A stretch of DNA of 64,000 nt from IMG/VR virus record IMGVR_UViG_3300020433_000671, positions 11,491-75,490 of that record; one strand, given 5' to 3'. Every line of letters starts with the position of its first letter. Within the stretch, counting starts at the first letter, position 1. Shown piece by piece: positions 18,056 through 27,141 of the stretch. The notes beneath the pieces are model-generated. The model saw nothing but the letters and a program-made list of their open reading frames with translations, made no database searches and was not told where the DNA came from. Made by a program: the position numbers and the translations under genes. This DNA is from a virus.

Positions 18056-19074
18056 AAGCATTATGTCTATCTGCTCTGAGTGTGGTCATTACTGCCCCTG
18101 TGAATGCACAAGGTGTAGGGGGTGTGAGTGCAACCGCAAATCCAATCGCTAATAGTTCGGGCTCGGTCACGAACCAGGCAATACAAGTTTTACAAGGTCC
18201 ATACGTAACTAACACCTATGGTGGTGGTGTATCGTGTCAGGGTACGACCCTCAATATGACACCATACATCCAATTTGCTGACTCAAGGAAAGACCCTTGG
18301 GAAGATTTCTATAACGAACCACAATACAATACTACTGATATCAGTGGTACAATGACTCCTACCTATGTTACTGTCAAGAATTATCCTTGGGAGGATTGGT
18401 ACGATGATAGAACTTATACTAATGCTGCTGGTGAAGAAGTAAGGTGGTTCCCAGATGGATCAGACATTACTATCATTGAAGATATAGATGGTCCTAATGG
18501 TGTACCAGATATAGTTGACACTGGTGGAGAGATGACCCCATCATGGTTTAAACCTGTGCGTACAGACATGAAGGCAAATCAAAGTTTTAACGTAGGTCTT
18601 TCTGCTACACTTTCTATACCATTGAACAGAGGTATGCAAAGGAGGTGTAGAGAGGCAGCAGAGGCACAGACAGCATCTGTTGTGCAGTTGACTGCTAATA
18701 AAAGATTAGACTTTGAGATTGCTCGTCTTAAAAATTGTGGTGAACTCATGAAGGCTGGTATCATGTTCCATCCTAAATCACCCTATGCATCTATATGTGC
18801 TGACGTAGTTGTTACTGCACCTGGTGGACAAATTATTCCACACGAACACCAGATACCTCAACCAAAATGGACTAACCCTTCTTCTTCAGAGGGGGTAGAC
18901 CTTTCTTCTCTCGGTAACGGTTCGTCTGTATCTCCGATAAAGTTGGACGGTAAGGTTTCTTCCCAAGAATCTTCTGAACTTTCGCAATCGTCTTCTTCAC
19001 AACAGGTTTCACAACCTTCAGGAGCAGATCTGCTAGGGGTTTGGCAAATAGGGCACTCGCTGTCGCCACAGTAG
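18052..19074 (+). CDS. Secreted putative outer-membrane protein (subunit C); probable ATA start
   Basis: The signal-like IKALCLSALSVVITAPVNA begins at ATA 18052, overlapping the TAA of B. Amphipathic NVGLSATLSIPL is followed by helices with Cys residues. Confidence 0.7.
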   Translation: MKALCLSALSVVITAPVNAQGVGGVSATANPIANSSGSVTNQAIQVLQGPYVTNTYGGGVSCQGTTLNMTPYIQFADSRKDPWEDFYNEPQYNTTDISGTMTPTYVTVKNYPWEDWYDDRTYTNAAGEEVRWFPDGSDITIIEDIDGPNGVPDIVDTGGEMTPSWFKPVRTDMKANQSFNVGLSATLSIPLNRGMQRRCREAAEAQTASVVQLTANKRLDFEIARLKNCGELMKAGIMFHPKSPYASICADVVVTAPGGQIIPHEHQIPQPKWTNPSSSEGVDLSSLGNGSSVSPIKLDGKVSSQESSELSQSSSSQQVSQPSGADLLGVWQIGHSLSPQ

Positions 19075-19774
19075 CAATTGTCGCAGTGGTTGTTACCACT
19101 CCTACTGATGGTAGGTACTGATCCATGATAGGGACAGGTTCCCAGATAGTCTCACAAATTTTACCATCAGGTGTTAGTTTATATTCTTTTACTTGCTCAT
19201 CACCTTTCTGATTTCTATCACCTATACGTCTTGCATTCTTAGGAGGACATTCGACTTCTTTAGGAATCTGACCATCTGTAGGTGGTGGGGGAGGTGGTGA
19301 TGGTGCCTCTATAGGTTCTTGTTCTTGTGTATCAACACCTTCATCACCTTTTTCTGGTTCGGTATTAATTGTTTGCCAAAATAATTCTCTAGCATCATAG
19401 TCTGCTGGTAAGTATGAAGGCATACCAGCATCACATAATGTAGTAGTTGCTTTAGGATCATCATTCACAAGGTTTTTATTCCTTGATGGATCCTTCTTAG
19501 CATTCTCTTTGTGTACTTCTACACAACCAGGCATATTAACAATAGGTGTACCAGCATTAACAGTGACTGGTACATCTATTGGTACTGCTTGTGGGGGATT
19601 AACTAACCACTCACGTGTTTCACGTATATTAATATCCCTTATATCAGCAACAAAATTATCACGAATACCTATGGTCTCAGTGCCAATCAAAGGTATTCCT
19701 GTTCCGTTGACTGTTATGTCAGGTATATCAAGTCCACGGATAGTAATATTAGGTACATTATGAATAGGATCCAT
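18872..19774 (-). CDS. Pro-rich protein with a C-terminal hydrophobic segment and basic tail
   Basis: PSPPPPPP linker, Cys pairs, VVTTTATIATVATASALFA, then a Lys-rich tail. Confidence 0.75.
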   Translation of the reverse strand: MDPIHNVPNITIRGLDIPDITVNGTGIPLIGTETIGIRDNFVADIRDINIRETREWLVNPPQAVPIDVPVTVNAGTPIVNMPGCVEVHKENAKKDPSRNKNLVNDDPKATTTLCDAGMPSYLPADYDARELFWQTINTEPEKGDEGVDTQEQEPIEAPSPPPPPPTDGQIPKEVECPPKNARRIGDRNQKGDEQVKEYKLTPDGKICETIWEPVPIMDQYLPSVGVVTTTATIATVATASALFAKPLADLLLKVVKPVVKKTIAKVQKILGKKPYRPTLSEIQTNRYREKKGLPPLKKKG

Positions 19775-19789
19775 AGGTAAGTATCCATT

Positions 19790-20047
19790 TTATTTTGGAG
19801 GTAACTCCTTCTTATAATCTTTAGGATCTTTCAATCCTTTAACAGGACCACTAGTTTCTGGCCAAGCATTTATTAGTTGTAAATATACTTCTTCTCTAAC
19901 GATTTGTCTAATCTTTTCTATCTTAGCATCCTCTCTCTTCTGAGGACCACCAGTTTGTTGGTCGATGACATGATTGCCACCGACAAACGCACCAGTTCCT
20001 ACAACTGCTGCTGCTGTTACTCCTGATGTGATCTTTTGTACGTCCAT
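19790..20047 (-). CDS. Small protein with an N-terminal hydrophobic segment
   Basis: GVTAAAVVGTGAFVGG; TAATG overlap with the upstream gene. Confidence 0.7.
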   Translation of the reverse strand: MDVQKITSGVTAAAVVGTGAFVGGNHVIDQQTGGPQKREDAKIEKIRQIVREEVYLQLINAWPETSGPVKGLKDPKDYKKELPPK

Positions 20048-20655
20048 TAACAACCCTTAAGATCTGCTGCCATGTTACCACCAAGTTCAGCACCTTGATT
20101 ACCACCAAACATTGTTACCCAACCAGCAGCAAGCCAACCAACAAAAGGTATACCACTAACGGCAGGTGCAACAGCAGTACCAACGCCACTACCAACGAGA
20201 CGACCAGTCTGTTCTCCACCACCTCTTGCTTTGATACAAGCGATTGTTTTTTCTGAGAGTTTTCCGTCTGGGTTTGCAGATGCTTGGACTGCAAGTGCTG
20301 ATGGATCAATCCATGCTGTATTGGTTGATACTGGTCCTCCATGGTGTGCTGCACCATCGGCAGTAAATTCAATAACTTGTTTGGTAGTATTATTAGCGAG
20401 TCCCAGAAAGCCGCCTTTACTTTTTTTATCAATGGTAGTAATCATAGTCTTAGGATCGTTAGCTCTGTAACGTACACTATAACCATCTTCACTAACATTT
20501 GCTTCATATGAAGTGTATGCTCCTACTGGTATATTCAAACTAGGAAGTTTAGATGAATCTCTCCTAGCAAGCATACCAATCATACCTATATGAGATATAC
20601 CTATGACTCCACCCAATCCAAGGGCAAACCATTTTGTTAAATTAATTTTATCCAT
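20047..20655 (-). CDS. Membrane protein with a C-terminal glycine zipper
   Basis: N-terminal TM FALGLGGVIGISHIGMIGML; GRLVGSGVG...GWLAAGWVTMFGGNQGAELGG (GxxxG repeats). Confidence 0.75.
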   Translation of the reverse strand: MDKINLTKWFALGLGGVIGISHIGMIGMLARRDSSKLPSLNIPVGAYTSYEANVSEDGYSVRYRANDPKTMITTIDKKSKGGFLGLANNTTKQVIEFTADGAAHHGGPVSTNTAWIDPSALAVQASANPDGKLSEKTIACIKARGGGEQTGRLVGSGVGTAVAPAVSGIPFVGWLAAGWVTMFGGNQGAELGGNMAADLKGC

Positions 20656-20670
20656 AACGATACTCGTAAT

Positions 20671-20913
20671 TTAAAAAGGTGAACTTGGAACAGGAAGTCC
20701 CATACTAGCACCATCAGTAGAGGGAATTTCAGGAAGTCCTACATCACCTGAAAGAGCACCGCCAACAAGACCGCCAGCAAGACCACCTAGTGCTTTCTCT
20801 TTTATGTTTTCTATGATTGCATCCTTGCGTACATAAACGTAGCCAGCAGTGCCAACAACGGCAAGAGATACAACAGCAGACGCAACAGCGAGTACATTAA
20901 TTACTTTTTGCAT
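20671..20913 (-). CDS. Small signal-anchored membrane protein
   Basis: Likely start MQKVINVLAVASAVVSLAVVGTAGYVY. Confidence 0.75.
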   Translation of the reverse strand: MQKVINVLAVASAVVSLAVVGTAGYVYVRKDAIIENIKEKALGGLAGGLVGGALSGDVGLPEIPSTDGASMGLPVPSSPF

Positions 20914-20917
20914 GATT

Positions 20918-21352
20918 TTAAATTTCGTAAGTTTTCTTTTCTTTGCTATTAGGATCAACCGCAATGATTTTTAATGGTGCTTGCTCAATACGAATAGTTT
21001 GAGTAGGACCACCGTTTCCTCCATTTCCACCACCATTACCATTAGTCATCTTCATAGTACCATCTCCCTTCTTAGAAGCGGTCTGGATTCCGAAGCTAGC
21101 TAGCACCCCTGTAAAAACCGAAGCTATGAAAGTTGGATCGATTTTCTGTTGTGGTACACCTGGTATGGCGACGTAGTTTAAAGTCAAGATTCCTCCAGAC
21201 CAGGCAAGAACAGTAATGCGAACAAATGTACTAATGATTGCTGCTTGTTCATCAGCGTCTGGAAGTATAGCATCCTTAGCTTTGCCAAAGAAACCTTTTT
21301 TCTTTTCTTCTGGTTGTTCTTCAACAACCTCATTTTTAATCTCTTCGGGCAT
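20918..21352 (-). CDS. Two-TM membrane protein (holin-like topology, inferred)
   Basis: FVRITVLAWSGGILTLNYV and DPTFIASVFTGVLASFGI, with charged termini. Confidence 0.75.
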   Translation of the reverse strand: MPEEIKNEVVEEQPEEKKKGFFGKAKDAILPDADEQAAIISTFVRITVLAWSGGILTLNYVAIPGVPQQKIDPTFIASVFTGVLASFGIQTASKKGDGTMKMTNGNGGGNGGNGGPTQTIRIEQAPLKIIAVDPNSKEKKTYEI

Positions 21353-21380
21353 GAAAAGTATCTGTAACTATATTATATAT

Positions 21381-21806
21381 CTATTCAGAAGACTGCCTTT
21401 TTTTACCGATATTATATTTGGATTCAAGAGTCCATTCACCCTTTTCTTTGTATGCAATAACTTTAATTTGACTTAGAGGTGCAGCTTGTGTAACAGTGTC
21501 TTCCTTTACAATTTCTACTAGACCCCAATCAGATAAAAGTTTAATTATACGATTTCGACGTTGAACATCATTCTCAGATAGATTTGCTTTCTTACCATCA
21601 AGTGCGAAGAGTTCTTTAAAATGTACTATGTAATACTGTCCTTTTTTATGAAGGATGTGACATGATTGAAATAATTTTTTTTCTTTTCTGGATGCAACTC
21701 CAATACGTGTAAGAGTCTCACGAACTTTAAGGAAATCATCAGGTTCCTTTAAGTTCACCTCCACCATATCATTCTTTGTCCATTGAACCTCTTTAAGTTC
21801 ACTCAT
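21381..21806 (-). CDS. regA: Translational repressor RegA
   Basis: DFLKVRETLTRIGVAS, QSCHILHK and YYIVHFKELF. Confidence 0.96.
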   Translation of the reverse strand: MSELKEVQWTKNDMVEVNLKEPDDFLKVRETLTRIGVASRKEKKLFQSCHILHKKGQYYIVHFKELFALDGKKANLSENDVQRRNRIIKLLSDWGLVEIVKEDTVTQAAPLSQIKVIAYKEKGEWTLESKYNIGKKRQSSE

Positions 21807-22207
21807 AGTTTCTTACCTCCTTTATTCAGTTTCTCTTTAATGTAATTTAATTGCTTTGGAGTTAAGATCCTTAAGGCTTGAATTGCTTTATCACTACTAT
21901 AACCATAGTATTTTTTCACAAGGTCAAGATCTTTCACCGTTTCTTTTTTACCCCAAGGAGAAAATCTCTTTCGGGATCTGACGGTATTTATAAAGAAATC
22001 ATACTGAAGTTTCTTATCTAAGTTAGGATATTGATTCATCTCATTTGCATACATCACAGTATCAATATGATGTGACATACACTTATTGATTACAAAAGGA
22101 GAATAATTTTTTTCCCAATCAGGATCTTCATCCTCCATCAAATTTTTCTTTGTCACATTGATACTGTTTAGATAATCCTTTAAAGGATACCGATCATCAT
22201 ATGGCAT
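21803..22207 (-). CDS. g62: Clamp loader small subunit gp62
   Basis: YLNSIN...YANEMN...LQYDF...YYGYS; sits upstream of regA. Confidence 0.92.
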   Translation of the reverse strand: MPYDDRYPLKDYLNSINVTKKNLMEDEDPDWEKNYSPFVINKCMSHHIDTVMYANEMNQYPNLDKKLQYDFFINTVRSRKRFSPWGKKETVKDLDLVKKYYGYSSDKAIQALRILTPKQLNYIKEKLNKGGKKL

Positions 22208-23024
22208 AGTTTGTTAAAATAAGTTCTTTACGTTGTTCCTGATCTTTCATATAATCACCTACTGATCTCATGGTATATGTGTGATCATACTCGTAAGGTG
22301 TCCATTCCTTAAAACGTTCTTTTATTAATTGAGAAGAATTATATGATATCATCATAGGAGAAGTATAACCATCACACCATTCAGAAAACTCATCATGATT
22401 AAATCCTTTATGCATGGCACCTTTTTTACCATATAGAGAAGATTTTATTTCATAAGGAGGATCTAAGTACATGAATATATCCCTATCATCACATAACATT
22501 CTTTCATAAGAAAGATTTGTTATAGTCCAATTTTGTATCAACTCTGAATACTCAGGTAATTTCTCTATTCCTCGTAAACTGAAATTGGAGTTTGATGCTT
22601 GGGATGAAAAGGATGAGGACTCTGTGAGACCAGAAAAAGAGCACTTGTTAATAATATAAAAATAACAGGCACGACTAATGTCGGATTGTTTTTCATCGTT
22701 AAGAAGTTCTTTACTTTCCAAAAAAAGTTCTTTTGCTTTTTCTGGAGTTGCATATGCTGTTTTAAAAGTTTTGAGTCTGGTCGTAATTTCATTACCATTA
22801 TCCTGTAGTTGTTGCCAAAAATTAACTAGAGGTACATATAGGTCATTGACCCATATCTCTAGATGAGGATATGCCTGTGTCATATAAAGAGCAACAGACC
22901 CACCACCAAGAAAAGGTTCACGATATTCTTTATACTTATTCATATCTGGTAAAAACTGTGCTATTTTTTTAACAGCACGAGACTTCCCACCAGGATAACG
23001 AAGAGGTGTTTTCAAAGAGGTCAT
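22197..23024 (-). CDS. dam: DNA adenine methyltransferase (Dam-like)
   Basis: LRYPGGKS, EPFLGGGSV and YLDPPY. Confidence 0.92.
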   Translation of the reverse strand: MTSLKTPLRYPGGKSRAVKKIAQFLPDMNKYKEYREPFLGGGSVALYMTQAYPHLEIWVNDLYVPLVNFWQQLQDNGNEITTRLKTFKTAYATPEKAKELFLESKELLNDEKQSDISRACYFYIINKCSFSGLTESSSFSSQASNSNFSLRGIEKLPEYSELIQNWTITNLSYERMLCDDRDIFMYLDPPYEIKSSLYGKKGAMHKGFNHDEFSEWCDGYTSPMMISYNSSQLIKERFKEWTPYEYDHTYTMRSVGDYMKDQEQRKELILTNYAI

Positions 23025-23311
23025 AAAATCAATTGCTTGTCAGGAGTAATAATATTATTACCAAATATTTTTTCATACTGCTTAACTACCTGAGGTGCAA
23101 CTGCAACAGAATAGATAACATGTTTCATATCCAAAGCAATCTCAGGAAATTCTGGATCAATAACAGTTGCCCATGGAGCAAATCCTACTTGATCTTGATG
23201 AGGAATAACAACTAAACCATTCTTAACTGTCAAAATACCATTCTTCCAATCTACAACTTCAGCAACAATTTCTTCACCAGTTATCAGACGTATTAATTTT
23301 ATATCAATCAT
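23021..23311 (-). CDS. Hypothetical small beta protein (Sm-like family member, inferred)
   Basis: IKLIRLITGEEIVAEV...VGFAPW. Confidence 0.75.
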   Translation of the reverse strand: MIDIKLIRLITGEEIVAEVVDWKNGILTVKNGLVVIPHQDQVGFAPWATVIDPEFPEIALDMKHVIYSVAVAPQVVKQYEKIFGNNIITPDKQLIL

Positions 23312-23313
23312 GT

Positions 23314-23538
23314 TTATATACCTTGATCTTTAGTTCTTTCAAAAAATTCTTTCATCGATGATGAAACATCTGGTGGTTCAGGATCTTTAATACCCTTAAT
23401 TTTTTTCCAATTATTATACATTGCTTGCATATGCCATGATTGAGCAAGACTCTTAGGACCATTTTCTAACAACTCAAGTTCTTTCTTGTTAGTTGTATAT
23501 GATTTGTACTCCTCTCTCCACTTAGTATTTTCTGTCAT
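23314..23538 (-). CDS. Conserved cyanophage hypothetical protein
   Basis: WREEYK...LLENGPKSLAQSW. Confidence 0.75.
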   Translation of the reverse strand: MTENTKWREEYKSYTTNKKELELLENGPKSLAQSWHMQAMYNNWKKIKGIKDPEPPDVSSSMKEFFERTKDQGI

Positions 23539-24077
23539 GATGTAATGTCCTCCAATTTGAATAGTGAAACAAACTCTAGTTCATTATTATACCATACTTT
23601 ATGATTTTCCATCCTATCAACAATAGTAACCACTCTATTGACAATATATCCTGCATCACGTAGCACATTGACTGCCTTGATTGCACTACTGCCTGTTGTA
23701 GTTACATCTTCTAATACTGTAACGATTGAACCTTTAGGTGGTTTGTTACCTTCAATAACTTCTTTTGTACCATATCCTTTAGGATTTTTCCTAACAATAA
23801 GAGCATCAATATGCCCACCCTTATAGTATGCTCTCTGTGCAACACCACAAACCAATGGATCAGCACCCAAAGTAAGACCACCAACTGCTACTGACTTAGG
23901 ATCTACTTCCTTAATCATTAGTGATGATAACAATGCATTACCCTCACATGAAAGAGTTACAGGTTTACAATTAATATAATGCTCCGACTTTTTGCCTGAA
24001 GACAATACATAATCACCTTTTTTATATGCTCTTTCTTTCAGTAGGTTGAGCAATGTTGCTTTGTTTACATCAGTCAT
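23535..24077 (-). CDS. pyrE: Orotate phosphoribosyltransferase
   Basis: LSSGKKSEHY, VRKNPKGYGT and the PRPP-binding motif VLEDVTTTGSS. Confidence 0.92.
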   Translation of the reverse strand: MTDVNKATLLNLLKERAYKKGDYVLSSGKKSEHYINCKPVTLSCEGNALLSSLMIKEVDPKSVAVGGLTLGADPLVCGVAQRAYYKGGHIDALIVRKNPKGYGTKEVIEGNKPPKGSIVTVLEDVTTTGSSAIKAVNVLRDAGYIVNRVVTIVDRMENHKVWYNNELEFVSLFKLEDITS

Positions 24078-25018
24078 TTAAAATTACACTCCAACATTAA
24101 TTGCGTTAAACAGGCAAGAAGATTAATCTCCTGATCTACTACGAAAGCAGACTTATACTGATACTCTGCAATAATAAGCACAGCAGCAGCAACACTAGGA
24201 CCGTCCATCACAGATGACAGATTGTCATACAATTTACGCATTATAGAAACAGGATCACTATCAAGATTTTGAGTAACCCATTTTTTTACATCATTAAATT
24301 TCTTATTCTTTAATGCGTCTACTAATGTATCTATCTTGGTATCACCTAACGTTGCAAGGATTCCAGTATCGATATCACCTGTAGAACTGTATCTTTGGAG
24401 TTCGTTGAGGACTCTTCTGAAATCTGGGAAGTATTTTTGTACGACTGTGGCAACCACTTTGTCATTGAACCGTACCTTCTCTTTGGACAAGATGTCTCTG
24501 CATCTCTCAAAGAACTCTGCCGCCAGAACTTGTTTAGTTTTTCCACGGACATTGAAATCTATTACTGTTGTTCTACTATGTAACGGTTCTATGATTTTAT
24601 TCTTAAAGTTACACGTGAATATGAACCTACAGTTTTTTTGAAACTCTTCAATCGATGCCCTGAGGAGTAATTGAACATCCGCCGTCGTATTGTCTGCTTC
24701 ATCAATAATGAGAACCTTATGACGAGATGTAGATGTAAGAGAAACAGTAGCAGCAAAGGTCTTTGCCTGATTGCGTACAGTGTCCAAGAATCTACCCTCA
24801 TCAGACCCATTAATGACATAACTATCTACCCCTAATTCATTACATAGTGCTTTAGCTATAGTAGTTTTTCCGATACCCGCAGTTCCAGAGAGCAAGAGAT
24901 TTGGAATCTCACCTTGCTCTACAAAACCTTTGAAAGTATCTTTCACATTTGTAGGAAGTATGCAGTCCTCAACTTTCTGAGGTCTGTACTTCTCTACCCA
25001 TAAAAAATCATTAGGCAT
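24074..25018 (-). CDS. g44: Clamp loader ATPase gp44
   Basis: LWVEKYRP, GTAGIGKTT, IIDEAD and LHSR. Confidence 0.95.
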   Translation of the reverse strand: MPNDFLWVEKYRPQKVEDCILPTNVKDTFKGFVEQGEIPNLLLSGTAGIGKTTIAKALCNELGVDSYVINGSDEGRFLDTVRNQAKTFAATVSLTSTSRHKVLIIDEADNTTADVQLLLRASIEEFQKNCRFIFTCNFKNKIIEPLHSRTTVIDFNVRGKTKQVLAAEFFERCRDILSKEKVRFNDKVVATVVQKYFPDFRRVLNELQRYSSTGDIDTGILATLGDTKIDTLVDALKNKKFNDVKKWVTQNLDSDPVSIMRKLYDNLSSVMDGPSVAAAVLIIAEYQYKSAFVVDQEINLLACLTQLMLECNFK

Positions 25019-25670
25019 TCGGTTCCAAAGCAATAAAGTATTTGATGCCACTACCTTGGAAGAGGGCAACATTTTGTTTACTAATGGTTACATTGTAATC
25101 ACCAGCAAGTAGTTTCAAGTTTTCAACTTTGAAACAATAGCAGAAATCATCATCACTAGCACCAACATGAACTGAGTAACTATTAGAAGTATCATTCTTT
25201 TTATCAGTTACACATAAACTCATTTCAGTGCCATCCCCATAAAGACATAGGTCTGGTAATTGATAAACCATGGCAGCACGTTGTAGTTGCTGCAAAACAC
25301 CTGCCTCTAGACGGAACTTAACATCCACAGAAGGAATACTAATCTCTTTTTCTGGAGGTTGAGTAATAATATCAGGATCAGCATAGAAGAAACGAGTCTT
25401 AGACTTGCCACGCTTATCACTTACAGTGACGTAATTTGTGTCTGAAGTATCAATCTTTGGTTGGTCAAAAAGAGATAACCCTCCAAGGAACACTCCCAAG
25501 TCGTAGATAGAAATCTGCGAATCAAACTGTTCTTCGACATCTGCAATAGCAAGTATGTTCTTATTAATACTAAGAGTTGAAATTTGATTGCCAGGTTTAA
25601 TGACAATAGATTTGTTAATAGAACAAAAGTTCTTAAGTACTTCAATTGTTGGTTTGGTAATTACTGTCAT
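25011..25670 (-). CDS. g45: Sliding clamp gp45
   Basis: LKNFCSINKSI...IYDL...FKVENLK...YFIALE. Confidence 0.93.
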   Translation of the reverse strand: MTVITKPTIEVLKNFCSINKSIVIKPGNQISTLSINKNILAIADVEEQFDSQISIYDLGVFLGGLSLFDQPKIDTSDTNYVTVSDKRGKSKTRFFYADPDIITQPPEKEISIPSVDVKFRLEAGVLQQLQRAAMVYQLPDLCLYGDGTEMSLCVTDKKNDTSNSYSVHVGASDDDFCYCFKVENLKLLAGDYNVTISKQNVALFQGSGIKYFIALEPNA

Positions 25671-25982
25671 TTACTTGTCATAATCAACGGTGAATGCGGT
25701 TGCTCCAGTTTGAGCAGCGTTTGCTTTTGCTTGTTTGTCATTAAAGTGACAAAGGAGCACAGCATAATGGATAATCTTAATAATATCCTTTCGTGCTGAA
25801 CCCTTTCTGTCATACCTTGAGGCATATTTCAAAATATTAGACCTACAGAATGCCTCTGCGTCACCTACAGAATCAATCAAGTCCAGTGTCTGAACATTGT
25901 TTGAAGAGTAGTGCCCACCGTAAGTCTGACTAATGTAATCAGAGACCTCTTTCAAGATCTCATCTTCATTGTACTTCTTCAT
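25671..25982 (-). CDS. DUF3310-like (T7 gp1.7-related) protein
   Basis: TYGGHY...FCRSNILKYASRYDRKG...DIIKIIHYA. Confidence 0.75.
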   Translation of the reverse strand: MKKYNEDEILKEVSDYISQTYGGHYSSNNVQTLDLIDSVGDAEAFCRSNILKYASRYDRKGSARKDIIKIIHYAVLLCHFNDKQAKANAAQTGATAFTVDYDK

Positions 25983-25988
25983 AATATA

Positions 25989-27056
25989 TCAATTATCCTC
26001 ATTAGTATACTCTGAATCTTCGCCTGCGTCAACCTTTGTATAAAGATCTAAGAAAGATTGTTTAGTATCATCATCAAATCGATTAACACATTTAGTGATA
26101 GAATCCAAACGATTTCCAAAGATATCATATGCTTGAACAATGTGAACCAAACGACGAGTGGTAACAACCTCATCTACACCACCATCAAAGAAAGTCTTAC
26201 GAATAATACCTGCCCACTTGACTAGGTTATCAGCAAACTCTTTTTCACAACCAGCATTAATAAGAATCTTATTTTCAATGTTAGCAGATGGATAATCTTG
26301 CTCAAAAGTTACTGGGAATCTTTCAAGGAATGCTTCATTAAGAATATTAGTCCCAACAAAACGACCATCATCACTTCCTTTACCTTTAGTGTTTGCAGTT
26401 GCGATAACAGTAAATCCTTTAGATGGTTGTACATACTTACCAATTTTTTTAAGGAAGACACCTTTACCTTCAAGTACAGACTGAAGACACAAGATCTTGT
26501 TAGATGCTAGGTCAATCTCATCAAGAAGTAAAACTGCACCACGCTCAAGTGCCTCTATCACAGGACCATTATGCCAAACAGTATCACCATTAACAAGACG
26601 GAAACCACCGATGAGATCATCCTCATCTGTTTCAATTGTAATATTGACACGAATTAACTCTCTCTTTGCTACTGCACATGCCTGTTCAACCGACATAGTT
26701 TTGCCATTACCAGAGAGTCCAGTAATGAAGATAGGATAAAACTTACGAGAAGAAATTACTTTACGTACATTATTGAAGTTACCAAAAGGAACATAAGAAT
26801 CTTCTTTTAAAGGAATATAATTTGCAGAAGAATTTGCAGAAGGTGCTTCATATGCTTTTTCAATTTGTTCAGCAGTCAAATTCCATTTGCCAACACCTGT
26901 TTTATAAGACTTCAAACGTTTACAAGCAGTGGCATAAGATAGTTTCAATTGACTTGCTGCCTCACGGATGTTCTTACATCCAACCTCGTCTCCAACGTGC
27001 TCAGAAAGATACTGCACGAGTTGCTCAGTTGTAACAGGGTTTGGGGCAAATGTCAT
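25989..27056 (-). CDS. cobS: MoxR-type AAA+ ATPase (phage 'CobS')
   Basis: GLSGNGKT, LLLDEID, TANTKGKG and NEAFLERF. Confidence 0.9.
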   Translation of the reverse strand: MTFAPNPVTTEQLVQYLSEHVGDEVGCKNIREAASQLKLSYATACKRLKSYKTGVGKWNLTAEQIEKAYEAPSANSSANYIPLKEDSYVPFGNFNNVRKVISSRKFYPIFITGLSGNGKTMSVEQACAVAKRELIRVNITIETDEDDLIGGFRLVNGDTVWHNGPVIEALERGAVLLLDEIDLASNKILCLQSVLEGKGVFLKKIGKYVQPSKGFTVIATANTKGKGSDDGRFVGTNILNEAFLERFPVTFEQDYPSANIENKILINAGCEKEFADNLVKWAGIIRKTFFDGGVDEVVTTRRLVHIVQAYDIFGNRLDSITKCVNRFDDDTKQSFLDLYTKVDAGEDSEYTNEDN

Positions 27057-27082
27057 AGGGTTCCTTTGTTGTCTATACAGAT

Positions 27083-27141
27083 AGTATAACAGAAAACCCC
27101 TCCGAATGGAAGGGGCAAGTGGACACTTATTTAACTGTCAC
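27083..27141 (-). promoter_or_regulatory. Early promoter with upstream bipartite motif and an embedded terminator-like hairpin
   Basis: GTGACAGT-TAAAT-AAGTGTCCAC, then a CCCC..GGGG-TTTT hairpin and TATACT. Confidence 0.6.

Noticed and set aside
25989-27056. Cobalamin biosynthesis function for cobS
   Set aside because: No cobN or other cob genes are in the window; a MoxR/vWA interpretation fits better.
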